Positions 1 through 9,487 of a stretch of 64,000 nt of DNA are shown one piece after another (position 1 is the first letter of the stretch; every line of letters starts with the position of its first letter). Made by a program: the position numbers and the translations under genes. The notes beneath the pieces were generated by a model. It was not told where the DNA came from. It did no database searches and was given only the letters and a program-made list of their open reading frames with translations. Origin of the DNA: Minisyncoccota bacterium (lineage in GTDB: Bacteria > Patescibacteriota > Minisyncoccia > Phycocordibacterales > UBA9973); the NCBI GenBank assembly GCA_041650615.1, contig JBAZKU010000001.1:185216-249215 (forward strand). The letters are read 5' to 3'.

Positions 1-43
1 CTTAAAAAATTAATTCTTAAATTTTAAATCTTTAAACTGCCAA

Positions 44-1222
<1,179 letters not shown>

Positions 1223-1226
<4 letters not shown>

Positions 1227-1486
1227 ATATTTTTATTTTCTTTATCTTCTTTCTTTATCCTGACTGCATATTTTTTTACAGCTTTTACGATACCATAAGA
1301 TGAAATTAAAAAAGCTAAAATAACAGAGCCTATAAACATCCATGGTTTTGTGCCGTAATGACTATCAAGAGCTTTGCCTCCTATAACCGCTAATATTATC
1401 GGCACTGCAATCCAAGTGGAAATTTCACTAAAAATTTCAAAAGCCGGCTTCCACCAGATTTTGTTGTTATTTTTATTGTTTTCCAT
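1223..1486 (-). CDS. AtpZ/AtpI family membrane protein
   Basis: G..LD..YGTKPW motif with two TM helices, first gene of the atp operon, ATGA overlap with atpB. Confidence 0.85.
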
Positions 1487-1487
1487 G

Positions 1488-1559
1488 TGGGCGTGGTAGG
1501 AATCGGACCTACGGCCTCTGTCTTATCAGGACAGCGTTCTACCACTGAACTACACGCCC
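1488..1559 (-). tRNA. tRNA-Ile(GAT)
   Basis: Cloverleaf GGGCGTG..CACGCCC-A, anticodon arm CTGTC-CTGATAA-GACAG; CCA not encoded. Confidence 0.93.
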
Positions 1560-1570
1560 TTATAAACTCG

Positions 1571-1622
1571 CAGGACAGCATTCGGACTTTATCCGCCTCT
1601 GGCGGAACTGAACTACATGCCC
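1571..1622 (-). pseudogene. 5'-half duplicate of tRNA-Ile with a hairpin inserted in the D-loop
   Basis: GGGCATGTAGTTCAG-[TTCCGCCAGAGGCGGATAAAGTCC]-GAATGCTGTCCTG versus tRNA GGGCGTGTAGTTCAG-TGGTA-GAACGCTGTCCTG. Confidence 0.8.
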
Positions 1623-1686
1623 GAAATCTACACGACCCAATAAAAATATAACAAAAATAGTAATTTTACGCAAATTGCAAAAATTA

Positions 1687-1782
1687 AAGAACAATATTTT
1701 TGCCGGTACGGATTTTTGAAGCTTAAAAAATCCTGAAATTGGCTCGCCGTCGCTCGCCAAACCCCTTAAAAACATTATTCTT
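1687..1782. repeat. Structured repeat family A, copy 1
   Basis: Core 1697-1772 matches 62539-62615 apart from one T indel; imperfect inverted arms. Confidence 0.9.
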
Positions 1783-1796
1783 CACTTTTTTTATAG

Positions 1797-1831
1797 AAAA
1801 AGAGCGGATACTTTCGTATCCACTCTTTTTT
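1797..1831 (-). terminator. Probable intrinsic terminator after the RRM gene
   Basis: AAAAAGAGCGGATAC-TTTC-GTATCCACTCTTTTT hairpin with A/T tails. Confidence 0.7.
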
Positions 1832-1846
1832 GAAAAACTAAATTAA

Positions 1847-2167
1847 TTAGTATTCTCGGCGTCCACCGCGATTTCCACCGCCGTATCCGCCATTACCTCC
1901 TGTGCGAGGTGGTCTTGCTTCCATTGGGCGAGCCTCATTGACTGTGAGTTTGCGTCCTTCAAATTCTTGGTCATTGAACATTGAGATAGCATTTGCTGCT
2001 TCCTCAGCTGTGGCCATTTCCACGAACCCAAAACCTTTTGAGCGACCAGACATCTTGTCCATAATAATCACAGCTGATGCAACGTTGCCAGCTTGTGCGA
2101 AGAGGTCTTTTAAGGCATCTTCTTGAACACTGTAAGGGAGTCCCCCTACATATAGCTTTGTAGCCAT
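1847..2167 (-). CDS. RRM RNA-binding protein with Gly-rich tail
   Basis: RNP2 LYVGGL and RNP1 KGFGFVEM. Confidence 0.93.
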   Translation of the reverse strand: MATKLYVGGLPYSVQEDALKDLFAQAGNVASAVIIMDKMSGRSKGFGFVEMATAEEAANAISMFNDQEFEGRKLTVNEARPMEARPPRTGGNGGYGGGNRGGRREY

Positions 2168-2216
2168 ATTCTTTACTTCTCTCATTTTTCAAAAACGAGC
2201 AAAAATTATTATAATG

Positions 2217-2240
2217 CCCGCCTTGACTCAGCGAGGCAGG
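2217..2240. repeat. Short palindromic element (family B, empty form)
   Basis: CCCGCCTTGACTCAGCGAGGCAGG; same termini as the murF and atpB insertions. Confidence 0.8.
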
Positions 2241-2374
2241 CGTAGATACTCTTGTCGCTCAATGATCTCTTTGATGCTAAAACTAAATCAAAACTCACAA
2301 CTAAAACAAAAAAGCTCTTGGAGAAACTACAAAGACAATGGTAGCATAAATACACTCAAAAAGCAAAAAATATT

Positions 2375-3343
2375 TTATTCTTCTTCATCCCCTGTTTCTC
2401 CAGATTGGAGAGCGTTAATTATATCTTCTATTCCCCCTTCCATTATTTTCGGCAAATTGTGCCAAGATTTTTTGATGCGGTGATCAGTGACCCGGTCTTG
2501 TGAAAAATTATAAGTACGGATTTTTTCGGAGCGGTCGCCGGTACCTATTTGGTCCTTGCGAGTACCAGCATATTTTTTTGCTTCTTTTTCTTCTTCTAAC
2601 TGTTGAAGTTTAGCGGTTAAAATCATCATTGCTTTTTCGCGGTTGGCAAGCTGGCTTCTTTCATTTGTGGAACGCACATCAAGTCCCGTTGGTTTATGAA
2701 TAAGCCGAACAGCGGTTTCTACTTTATTTACATTCTGTCCGCCTTTTCCTCCAGAACGAGAATATTCCATTTCTATATCGGCTGGATTTATTTCAAATAA
2801 AACTTTTTTGCGAATAGGGAGGACAGCTACAGACGCAGTAGAAGTATGCACTCTACCATTTTTTTCCGTCGCCGGAATTCTTTGCACTCTATGCACACCT
2901 GTTTCATAACGCATCAATTTATAAACATCTTTGCCTTTTATTTCAAAACTGGCTTCTTTATATCCGCCCAATTCACTTTTAGATTCATAATTTGTTTTCC
3001 ATTGCCAACCTTTTATAATAGAAAATAATTCATACATATGCGCCAGTTCCCAAGCAAAAAGCGAAGCCTCATCTCCTCCGGCGCCAGCTCGTACCTCTAA
3101 CACTATCTCATTCGCCATTTCTTCTTCCTCTATATCTTTATCTAAAATATCTTGAATTTGTTTTTCCGTCGTTTCTCTTTGTTCTTGAATAGATTTTAAT
3201 TCTCCGTCCACCATTTCTTTCAAAGAAATATCTTTTGCCAGCATCTCTCGCACTTCAACTTCTTCTTTATTCAAGCGCTCTAAAATACCCGCTAAATAGC
3301 TTGTATTGTGATTTTTTTTTAATTCATCTAGATCAAAGTTCAT
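2375..3343 (-). CDS. prfA: Peptide chain release factor 1
   Basis: GGQ motif and RF1-type PAT motif. Confidence 0.93.
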   Translation of the reverse strand: MNFDLDELKKNHNTSYLAGILERLNKEEVEVREMLAKDISLKEMVDGELKSIQEQRETTEKQIQDILDKDIEEEEMANEIVLEVRAGAGGDEASLFAWELAHMYELFSIIKGWQWKTNYESKSELGGYKEASFEIKGKDVYKLMRYETGVHRVQRIPATEKNGRVHTSTASVAVLPIRKKVLFEINPADIEMEYSRSGGKGGQNVNKVETAVRLIHKPTGLDVRSTNERSQLANREKAMMILTAKLQQLEEEKEAKKYAGTRKDQIGTGDRSEKIRTYNFSQDRVTDHRIKKSWHNLPKIMEGGIEDIINALQSGETGDEEE

Positions 3344-3354
3344 AAAATTTTATT

Positions 3355-3465
3355 AAAATAGCGGGATTCTTATTTCTGGGGTCGCTGTCTGGGCTTACTA
3401 GCCCAGCGCTCACTCTCGCGCCGTCGCGCTGCTAGAGTCCCCATAAACAAGAATCCCGCTATTTT
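3355..3465. repeat. Large intergenic stem-loop element with a GC-rich multi-hairpin core
   Basis: Arms AAAATAGCGGGATTCTT / AAGAATCCCGCTATTTT; core carries the GCCGTCGC motif shared with family A. Confidence 0.75.
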
Positions 3466-3468
3466 TAC

Positions 3469-3699
3469 TTACTTCTTAGCTTTCTTTACAGCAGATGCAG
3501 AAGCAGCTCGGCGCTTATTAAAGCGTTCTACGCGTCCGGCAGTATCCATAACCTTTTCATTGCCAGTATAGAAAGGGTGACATTTACTACAAATTTCTAC
3601 TTTGATTTCAGGCATTGTTGAACCAACTTCAAAAACCGCTCCGCAGGCGCAAGTAGCTTTGGTATTTATACTATATTTTGGATGTATGTCTTTTTTCAT
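3469..3699 (-). CDS. rpmE: 50S ribosomal protein L31
   Basis: [13 protein letters not shown] and [10 protein letters not shown]. Confidence 0.97.
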   Translation of the reverse strand: MKKDIHPKYSINTKATCACGAVFEVGSTMPEIKVEICSKCHPFYTGNEKVMDTAGRVERFNKRRAASASAVKKAKK

Positions 3700-3817
3700 C
3701 CCGTTAGAGATAGGAAATCTTTAGATTTCCGTTTCTTAATTAAATTCTATTAAATAAACAAATTTCAACCTTACATAAAATAAATCCCGCTAATTAACCA
3801 AAGAAATCTCTAACGGG
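3700..3817. mobile_element. MITE-like element with CCCGTTAGAGAT terminal inverted repeats at the rpmE start codon
   Basis: TTCAT-[CCCGTTAGAGAT..ATCTCTAACGGG]-A-TTCAT. Confidence 0.85.
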
Positions 3818-3846
3818 ATTCATCTCCTCAAAAGATTATCACAATT

Positions 3847-5202
3847 TTAGCTTGAAAGCAAATCTATATTATCTTGGATTGTAGCTTTTAATTTCTGAAC
3901 GCTTTTACTATAAGAACAAGAAGTTCCTCCAGAACCATAATATTTACAAGCTGCTTTATTTTGCGCGCTGGTGCTGCTACCTACTGCCCCTAGATCAGTA
4001 AGATACATAGCCGAGGCCATGAAAGCATCCCTAGGAGACCATGGATTAGCATTGTATCCCAAAATTTCTTTCAAACGATTTTCAAAAATTTTCCAAGTTG
4101 AAGGAATAAATTGCGCGGGTCCCATTGCTCCTCCCCATCCTACAACTCCAGTAATCGGACAAGATACAGCCGTTTTAAAAGCATTAAAACCCAGACTATT
4201 GGTAATATCCAAAAATATAGGCACATCGCGAGTGGGATGCATTACTTTGGTAAAAGGTGTCCCCGTATTTTTACCCACTCCTGCTCCGGTATTCGGATCT
4301 GTTAAATAACATTGGCCAACATTCGCGCCAAGATTGCTTTCTTGAGTAAGAATAGCGAGCAGGAATGCAGGATCAATGCCGAATTTAGTTTTAGCCTCAT
4401 TTGCATATTCCAGCGCTGTTCCAAATTCTATTTTTTGGGAAATACCCGCTAAAGGAAATAAAGCGCTACGAATACTATTTGCTTTTGCTTTTTTTTCAGC
4501 CGCCAATTTTTGATAAGCGGCTTCTTTGTCTTTGGAAATAGCTAAAAGCTCTTTGGTTGTAGCTTCAGTTTGCGCAACTTTTTTTTGAGCATTTTCCAGT
4601 TCTGCTTTAGCGTCTGTTTCCGCATCTTGTTTTTTTTCTAAATCGGTTTTAGCAACTTCAGTCTGCACTTTTACTCCATTAATAAGGTCAACAGAAGTTT
4701 TTATAGCTTGTTGAATAGAATTATAAGATTCCAAATCACTGTAAAAATCGGAAATACTATTATCGGAAAGAATTAAATTTACTAAATTTTGATTATCAAA
4801 TTCATTTGTATTCCTAATAAGTTGAGCTAATGATTCATATTCTCTGTCAATTTTTTTAGAAAGCGACTCAATCGCTTTTACTTTATCATTAATATCCACC
4901 TTTAACTGAGCAATCACCAACGTTCTGGTTTTTATTTTTGTTTTTAAAGTATTAATTTGGCTATTTAAGTAATCAACATCACCTTTTAAGGTCCCGGTTT
5001 GTTTTTGTTGGATTGCCTGTTTTTCCAATAAATCCGCATATTCTGCTTCTAATTGATCAAGTTGGTTCTGACAATATGCCTTATCTGCAGAACTAGAAGA
5101 AGTATTTAAAGTAAGACAGTCAAAAGCAGCGTCTGTTTTGTACGCCACAAAAACCAACATAAAAGAAATAGAAACAAAAACTATGGCAATTTTCTTAACC
5201 AT
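3847..5202 (-). CDS. Secreted coiled-coil protein with a C-terminal lytic transglycosylase-like domain
   Basis: Signal peptide, long coiled coil, AILTQES and GAMGPAQFIPSTW motifs. Confidence 0.85.
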   Translation of the reverse strand: MVKKIAIVFVSISFMLVFVAYKTDAAFDCLTLNTSSSSADKAYCQNQLDQLEAEYADLLEKQAIQQKQTGTLKGDVDYLNSQINTLKTKIKTRTLVIAQLKVDINDKVKAIESLSKKIDREYESLAQLIRNTNEFDNQNLVNLILSDNSISDFYSDLESYNSIQQAIKTSVDLINGVKVQTEVAKTDLEKKQDAETDAKAELENAQKKVAQTEATTKELLAISKDKEAAYQKLAAEKKAKANSIRSALFPLAGISQKIEFGTALEYANEAKTKFGIDPAFLLAILTQESNLGANVGQCYLTDPNTGAGVGKNTGTPFTKVMHPTRDVPIFLDITNSLGFNAFKTAVSCPITGVVGWGGAMGPAQFIPSTWKIFENRLKEILGYNANPWSPRDAFMASAMYLTDLGAVGSSTSAQNKAACKYYGSGGTSCSYSKSVQKLKATIQDNIDLLSS

Positions 5203-5222
5203 AGTCTTTATTGTAGCATATT

Positions 5223-5954
5223 TTATTTTTCTTCTCCTTTTTCTTCAGTCGCTTCCGTGGCAACTTCAACTTCTCCTCCTTCTTCCTCTTTCTTGCCTTT
5301 CTTTTCAACTTCAATTTCAGACAAATCCGGAGGTGCTACAACTTCTTCTTTTTCTTCTACTTGAAGAACTATGGAAGCTACAACATCATGCTCATTCGCA
5401 ATAACAATAACTCCGGCTGGTAATTTTATATCGGAAATAAAAATCTGGTTTTCTACTGTTTCAAGTTTGGATATGTCAACTTCCAGACTATGCGGAAGAT
5501 CTTTTGGCAATGCTTCAACTTCCACTTCATGAAGAACCTTAACAAGATTCCCTAATCCATTTTTTACAGCATTGGAAATGCCGATAAATTCAAGCGGAAC
5601 TTTAACTTTTATCTTCTTATTCATATCCACAACCAGAAAATCCACATGTATCGGTTCTTCCGTTACCGGATGCACCTGCACTTCGTGAATAAGCGCGTCA
5701 ACCCCGTTAGAGATAGAGGGTCGCTGCGAGCCCTCGCGATCTCTAACGGGGTCAACATTATTATCACCTATAGCTATTTTTATAGTGGAAGATTCTCCAG
5801 CTTCCCGCCAGATTTTTTTAAAATCAACAATTGATATGGAAATAGAAGTAGCAGTCTTGCCTGTTCCATAAAAAACAGCAGGGATTTCCCCTGTTTTCCT
5901 TAAAGTATCCAAATTAATACCTTCATTTCTCTTTTTAGCCTTGATTACAAACAT
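5223..5954 (-). CDS. rplY: 50S ribosomal protein L25/Ctc with an 18-aa in-frame insertion
   Basis: IPAVFYG and PIHVDF motifs, acidic tail. Confidence 0.95.
   Translation of the reverse strand: MFVIKAKKRNEGINLDTLRKTGEIPAVFYGTGKTATSISISIVDFKKIWREAGESSTIKIAIGDNNVDPVRDREGSQRPSISNGVDALIHEVQVHPVTEEPIHVDFLVVDMNKKIKVKVPLEFIGISNAVKNGLGNLVKVLHEVEVEALPKDLPHSLEVDISKLETVENQIFISDIKLPAGVIVIANEHDVVASIVLQVEEKEEVVAPPDLSEIEVEKKGKKEEEGGEVEVATEATEEKGEEK
5703..5750. mobile_element. CCCGTTAG-TIR element inserted in frame in rplY
   Basis: GTCAAC-[CCCGTTAGAGAT..ATCTCTAACGGG]-GTCAAC; 48+6=54 bp; protein VD-PVRDREGSQRPSISNG-VD. Confidence 0.9.
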
Positions 5955-6072
5955 AAAGACAGTATACTTAAAAATTAAAAAATTGCAAATTTAAAAAACT
6001 TTTTTAGTCAAAAAAAATTTGAACGTAACGCAATAAATTTTTAACCATATTAAGAATCTGTGTAAACATTTT

Positions 6073-6945
6073 TTATTTAAAATTATTAAAAAGTTTCAGC
6101 CGCGATTCTACGACTTTTTCTATTGCTTCTACAGCAGGCTGTAATATTTTATAAGGCGTAGTTTCTTTCGGATTATCTTTTAAAAATTTTTCCAGGGCCT
6201 CTCTATAGGCAACACGAATTTCCGTATTAATATGAATTATAGAGATTCCAGCATTAATTGCTTCCTTAAAATCCCCATCAGAAATCCCTGAACCTCCGTG
6301 TAAAACAAGTGGCACACCACAAGCCCGACGAATTTGTTTTATTTTTTCAATGTTAAGTTTTGGATTTCCTCCTTTAACCATTCCATGAATATTTCCTACA
6401 GAAGGTGCAAGTAAATCAATTCCTGTTTTTTCTATAAAATATTTTGCATCTTCTGGTTTAGTCATTGTTGCTTCTCCAACTCCTTCAGGGACTATATCTA
6501 ATAATTTTGAAGAAGTTCCAATAAAACCAAGTTCTGCTTCTATCAAAACATCTTTTCCACTATTTTTTGAAACTTCTTTCGCGTAATCCACACATTTTTT
6601 TGTTAATATAATGTTTTCTTTAAGTGGTAATTTAACAGCATCAATAATTACTGCATCATAACCTATATCAATAACTTCTTTTACTGAATTAAAACTGTAA
6701 TGATGATCAGCGTTCAAAAATATTGGGAAATTATCTTTTTGACGAATTGTTTTAATAAGGGCAATCGCCTCTTCTTTGCCAACAAAAGATTCTTCGCCTT
6801 CTGAAAGACCGATTATCACAGGGACATTCAGCTTCTTGGCTGCATTATAAATACCATGTAAGGCTTCCAAATTTGAAATATTAAAATGCCCAATGGCTAC
6901 TTTTTTTTCTTCCGCTTCTTTTATATATTCGCGTAATGTTTTCAT
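6073..6945 (-). CDS. fba: Class II fructose-bisphosphate aldolase
   Basis: NADHH, GNIHG and LVLHGGSG motifs. Confidence 0.93.
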   Translation of the reverse strand: MKTLREYIKEAEEKKVAIGHFNISNLEALHGIYNAAKKLNVPVIIGLSEGEESFVGKEEAIALIKTIRQKDNFPIFLNADHHYSFNSVKEVIDIGYDAVIIDAVKLPLKENIILTKKCVDYAKEVSKNSGKDVLIEAELGFIGTSSKLLDIVPEGVGEATMTKPEDAKYFIEKTGIDLLAPSVGNIHGMVKGGNPKLNIEKIKQIRRACGVPLVLHGGSGISDGDFKEAINAGISIIHINTEIRVAYREALEKFLKDNPKETTPYKILQPAVEAIEKVVESRLKLFNNFK

Positions 6946-6950
6946 CTATA

Positions 6951-8426
6951 TTATTTTAGCAATTTTTTCAGTGTTTCAATAACAATTTGCGGATTCGCGC
7001 TACCCTTGCTTTCTTTTATAACTTTTCCAACTAGAGACATTATAGCATTTTCTTTGCCAGCTTTATATACGGCAACAACTTCAGAGTTTTCTGAAATTAC
7101 TTTCTCCACGACAGCTTTAATTACACTTTCATCGTTTTTCTGCAATAAACCTTTTTCTGTAGCAATTTTGAGTGGAGACTCATTTTTTAATACAATTATC
7201 GCTAAAATATCTTTCGTTACTCGAGATGAAATTTTACCCTCGGCAGCAAGATTTATCAGTTCGGCAAAGTTTTCAGCATTCGGACGTTGGACGTCTGAAT
7301 TATTCTTTTTAAGACCTAAGTAATCAGAAGTAATGTAATTAGAAGCAAGTTTTACTTTCTCTTGTTCTTTTAAAATTTCAGATACTTCTTCAAACCATTG
7401 ACCCAATTCTTTATCATTAATGTAACTTTCTATATCCTCATCTTTAATTCCAAAATCTTTTTTATATCTCGCGCGTTTTTCTGCCGGTAGTTCCGGTAAT
7501 TCTTCTTTTATTTTTTTCAAATCAAAAGCTTCGTGTAAATACATTTTGGGTAAATCCGGTTCCGGGAAATACCTATAATCATGACTTGATTCTTTTTTTC
7601 TTTGAGAAAATGTTTTTTGCTTCCCATCGTCCCATCCCCTGGTTTCCTGCACTATTTCGTTTTCTTTTCCATCCTCCAAAAGTTTTACCATTCTATCCAA
7701 TTCAAATTTAATCGCTTTTTCAACACTCTTAAACGAATTTAAATTTTTCACTTCTACCTTCGTACCCAATTTATTTTTATCTTCCGAAACTGAAATGTTT
7801 GCTTCCACTCTCATCTCGCCTTTTTCCATATTCGCTTCGGACACTTCTAGATACCAAAGGATAAGCTGTAATTCTTTGGCAAAATCGGATGTGGTTTTAG
7901 CGGCGCTTTCTGCATCATCAAAACTATGAGGCTCAGTAACAAGTTCCATTAATGGCACACCTGCACGATTAAAATCAACAAGAGAATAACCATTTTCCCA
8001 CATGTCAGACATGTGAGTTTCCACATGTCTGACATGTGGGAAATCTATATGTTTATTATTAGCTGTGTCTTCTTCTAAATGAATACGAGTAATGTCAAAA
8101 TCAGCCAATTTTCCGCCGAAAACTATCGGATATTTATATTGTGAAATCTGAAAGCCTTTTGGGATGTCAGGGTAAAAATAATTTTTGCGATCAAATTCGG
8201 TAAAATCCGCAATTTTTCCACCAATAGCCAATCCAACTTTTATGACATTTTCTATCGCTTTTTTATTGATTACCGGCAAAGCCCCTGGGTGAGCCATACA
8301 AACAGGACAAATATTTACATTCGGTTTTTCTTCGTCTGGGTCATTCTTACAATCACAAAACATTTTCGTCTGCGTTTTCAACTCCGCATGTACTTCCAAA
8401 CCAATTGTTGGGTAATACTTACTCAT
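6951..8426 (-). CDS. gatB: Asp/Glu-tRNA amidotransferase subunit B with an in-frame palindromic insertion
   Basis: IGLEVHAEL, RKNYFYPD, DFNRAGVPL and YRYFPEPD motifs. Confidence 0.97.
   Translation of the reverse strand: MSKYYPTIGLEVHAELKTQTKMFCDCKNDPDEEKPNVNICPVCMAHPGALPVINKKAIENVIKVGLAIGGKIADFTEFDRKNYFYPDIPKGFQISQYKYPIVFGGKLADFDITRIHLEEDTANNKHIDFPHVRHVETHMSDMWENGYSLVDFNRAGVPLMELVTEPHSFDDAESAAKTTSDFAKELQLILWYLEVSEANMEKGEMRVEANISVSEDKNKLGTKVEVKNLNSFKSVEKAIKFELDRMVKLLEDGKENEIVQETRGWDDGKQKTFSQRKKESSHDYRYFPEPDLPKMYLHEAFDLKKIKEELPELPAEKRARYKKDFGIKDEDIESYINDKELGQWFEEVSEILKEQEKVKLASNYITSDYLGLKKNNSDVQRPNAENFAELINLAAEGKISSRVTKDILAIIVLKNESPLKIATEKGLLQKNDESVIKAVVEKVISENSEVVAVYKAGKENAIMSLVGKVIKESKGSANPQIVIETLKKLLK
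7994..8043. repeat. Double-palindrome insertion in gatB
   Basis: 22-bp perfect inverted repeat whose arms are each hairpins (CACATGTC-W-GACATGTG); encodes FPHVRHVETHMSDMWE. Confidence 0.88.
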
Positions 8427-8434
8427 ATAACAAA

Positions 8435-9487
8435 TTATACCTTTTTCTTTAAAATTTTCACTAATTCATCTTTGAGAGTTTTTACCGATTTATCGTCATA
8501 TAAAGAAAGCGCAAAAACTTTTTTGGGCCTGCCTGCGCAGGCAGGAATCTTCTCAAATTCTTTTTTCTTTTTGTCTATGATTTTTTCATTTTCTACCATG
8601 TCAGATTTTGTAAGAATAATAATTTCATCTTTTTGGGATAGGCCTTCTTCTCCCAAATCTAAATTCTTGTCATATTTTTCCAATTCCTTTCTTACAACCT
8701 TATAATTTTTCATCATCATAGATAAATTTCCCGCCCCGTAGGAAGCTTGCTTTCCTTCGGGGTCAAACGATATCAGATGCGCAATCATTTTAGTTCGTTT
8801 TATATGTCGTAAAAATTTAACACCAAGTCCCTTTCCCGTATTTGCTCCTTCTATCAACCCTGGGATATCGGCAATCGTGTATCCGTAAAAATCGCCCAAA
8901 TTCGGGTCAAGCGTAGTAAATTCATAATCTCCTATTTTTGCCTCAGCGTTTGTTATGACATTGAGCAATGAAGATTTACCGGCATTGGGCAATCCAACTA
9001 ATCCAATATCCGCAAAAAGTTCCAACTCTATATGAAAATTTCCATGTTCTCCTTCCATTCCCGGCCGCCATTCTTTTGGAGTCGTATTGGTAGAACTTTT
9101 AAAATGTTCATTGCCAAACCCCCCATATCCGCCTTTCAAAAGCAAAACTTTTTGCCCTTCTTCCAGTAATTGCCATTGCTCATCCGTTTCCAGGTTAGTG
9201 ATAATGGATCCTATCGGCAATTCTAAAAAAAAGTCATTCCCTTTTTTGCCGTGTAAACTTTTTTTACCTCCATCTTCTCCTCGTCCGGCGCTAAAACTTT
9301 TTTTGGCTTTGTATTTTGAAAGTATATGCACATCGCGGACAGCTTGCGCATAAAAATCTCCGCCACGTCCACCGTCGCCTCCTGCCGGTCCGCCTTTGGG
9401 CACAAATTTTTCTTGTCGCCAGCGAACTACTCCGTCGCCACCGCGACCCGCTTCTGCGTATATTTTTATTTCATCTATGAAGGCCAT
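8435..9487 (-). CDS. obgE: GTPase Obg with two palindromic insertions
   Basis: Gly-rich Obg fold, GLPNAGKSS and DIPGLIEGA. Confidence 0.97.
   Translation of the reverse strand: MAFIDEIKIYAEAGRGGDGVVRWRQEKFVPKGGPAGGDGGRGGDFYAQAVRDVHILSKYKAKKSFSAGRGEDGGKKSLHGKKGNDFFLELPIGSIITNLETDEQWQLLEEGQKVLLLKGGYGGFGNEHFKSSTNTTPKEWRPGMEGEHGNFHIELELFADIGLVGLPNAGKSSLLNVITNAEAKIGDYEFTTLDPNLGDFYGYTIADIPGLIEGANTGKGLGVKFLRHIKRTKMIAHLISFDPEGKQASYGAGNLSMMMKNYKVVRKELEKYDKNLDLGEEGLSQKDEIIILTKSDMVENEKIIDKKKKEFEKIPACAGRPKKVFALSLYDDKSVKTLKDELVKILKKKV
8528..8545. repeat. 18-bp perfect palindrome in obg
   Basis: CCTGCCTGCGCAGGCAGG encodes PACAGR. Confidence 0.85.
8733..8764. repeat. GCCCCGTAG-family hairpin in obg
   Basis: Nearly identical to 60126-60158; encodes DPEGKQASYGA. 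Confidence 0.88.

Noticed and set aside
1396-1775. Track ORFs across tRNA-Ile and family A repeat (also 13955..14203, 27999..28247, 28399..28731)
   Set aside because: They overlap tRNAs or GC-rich structured repeats; spurious.
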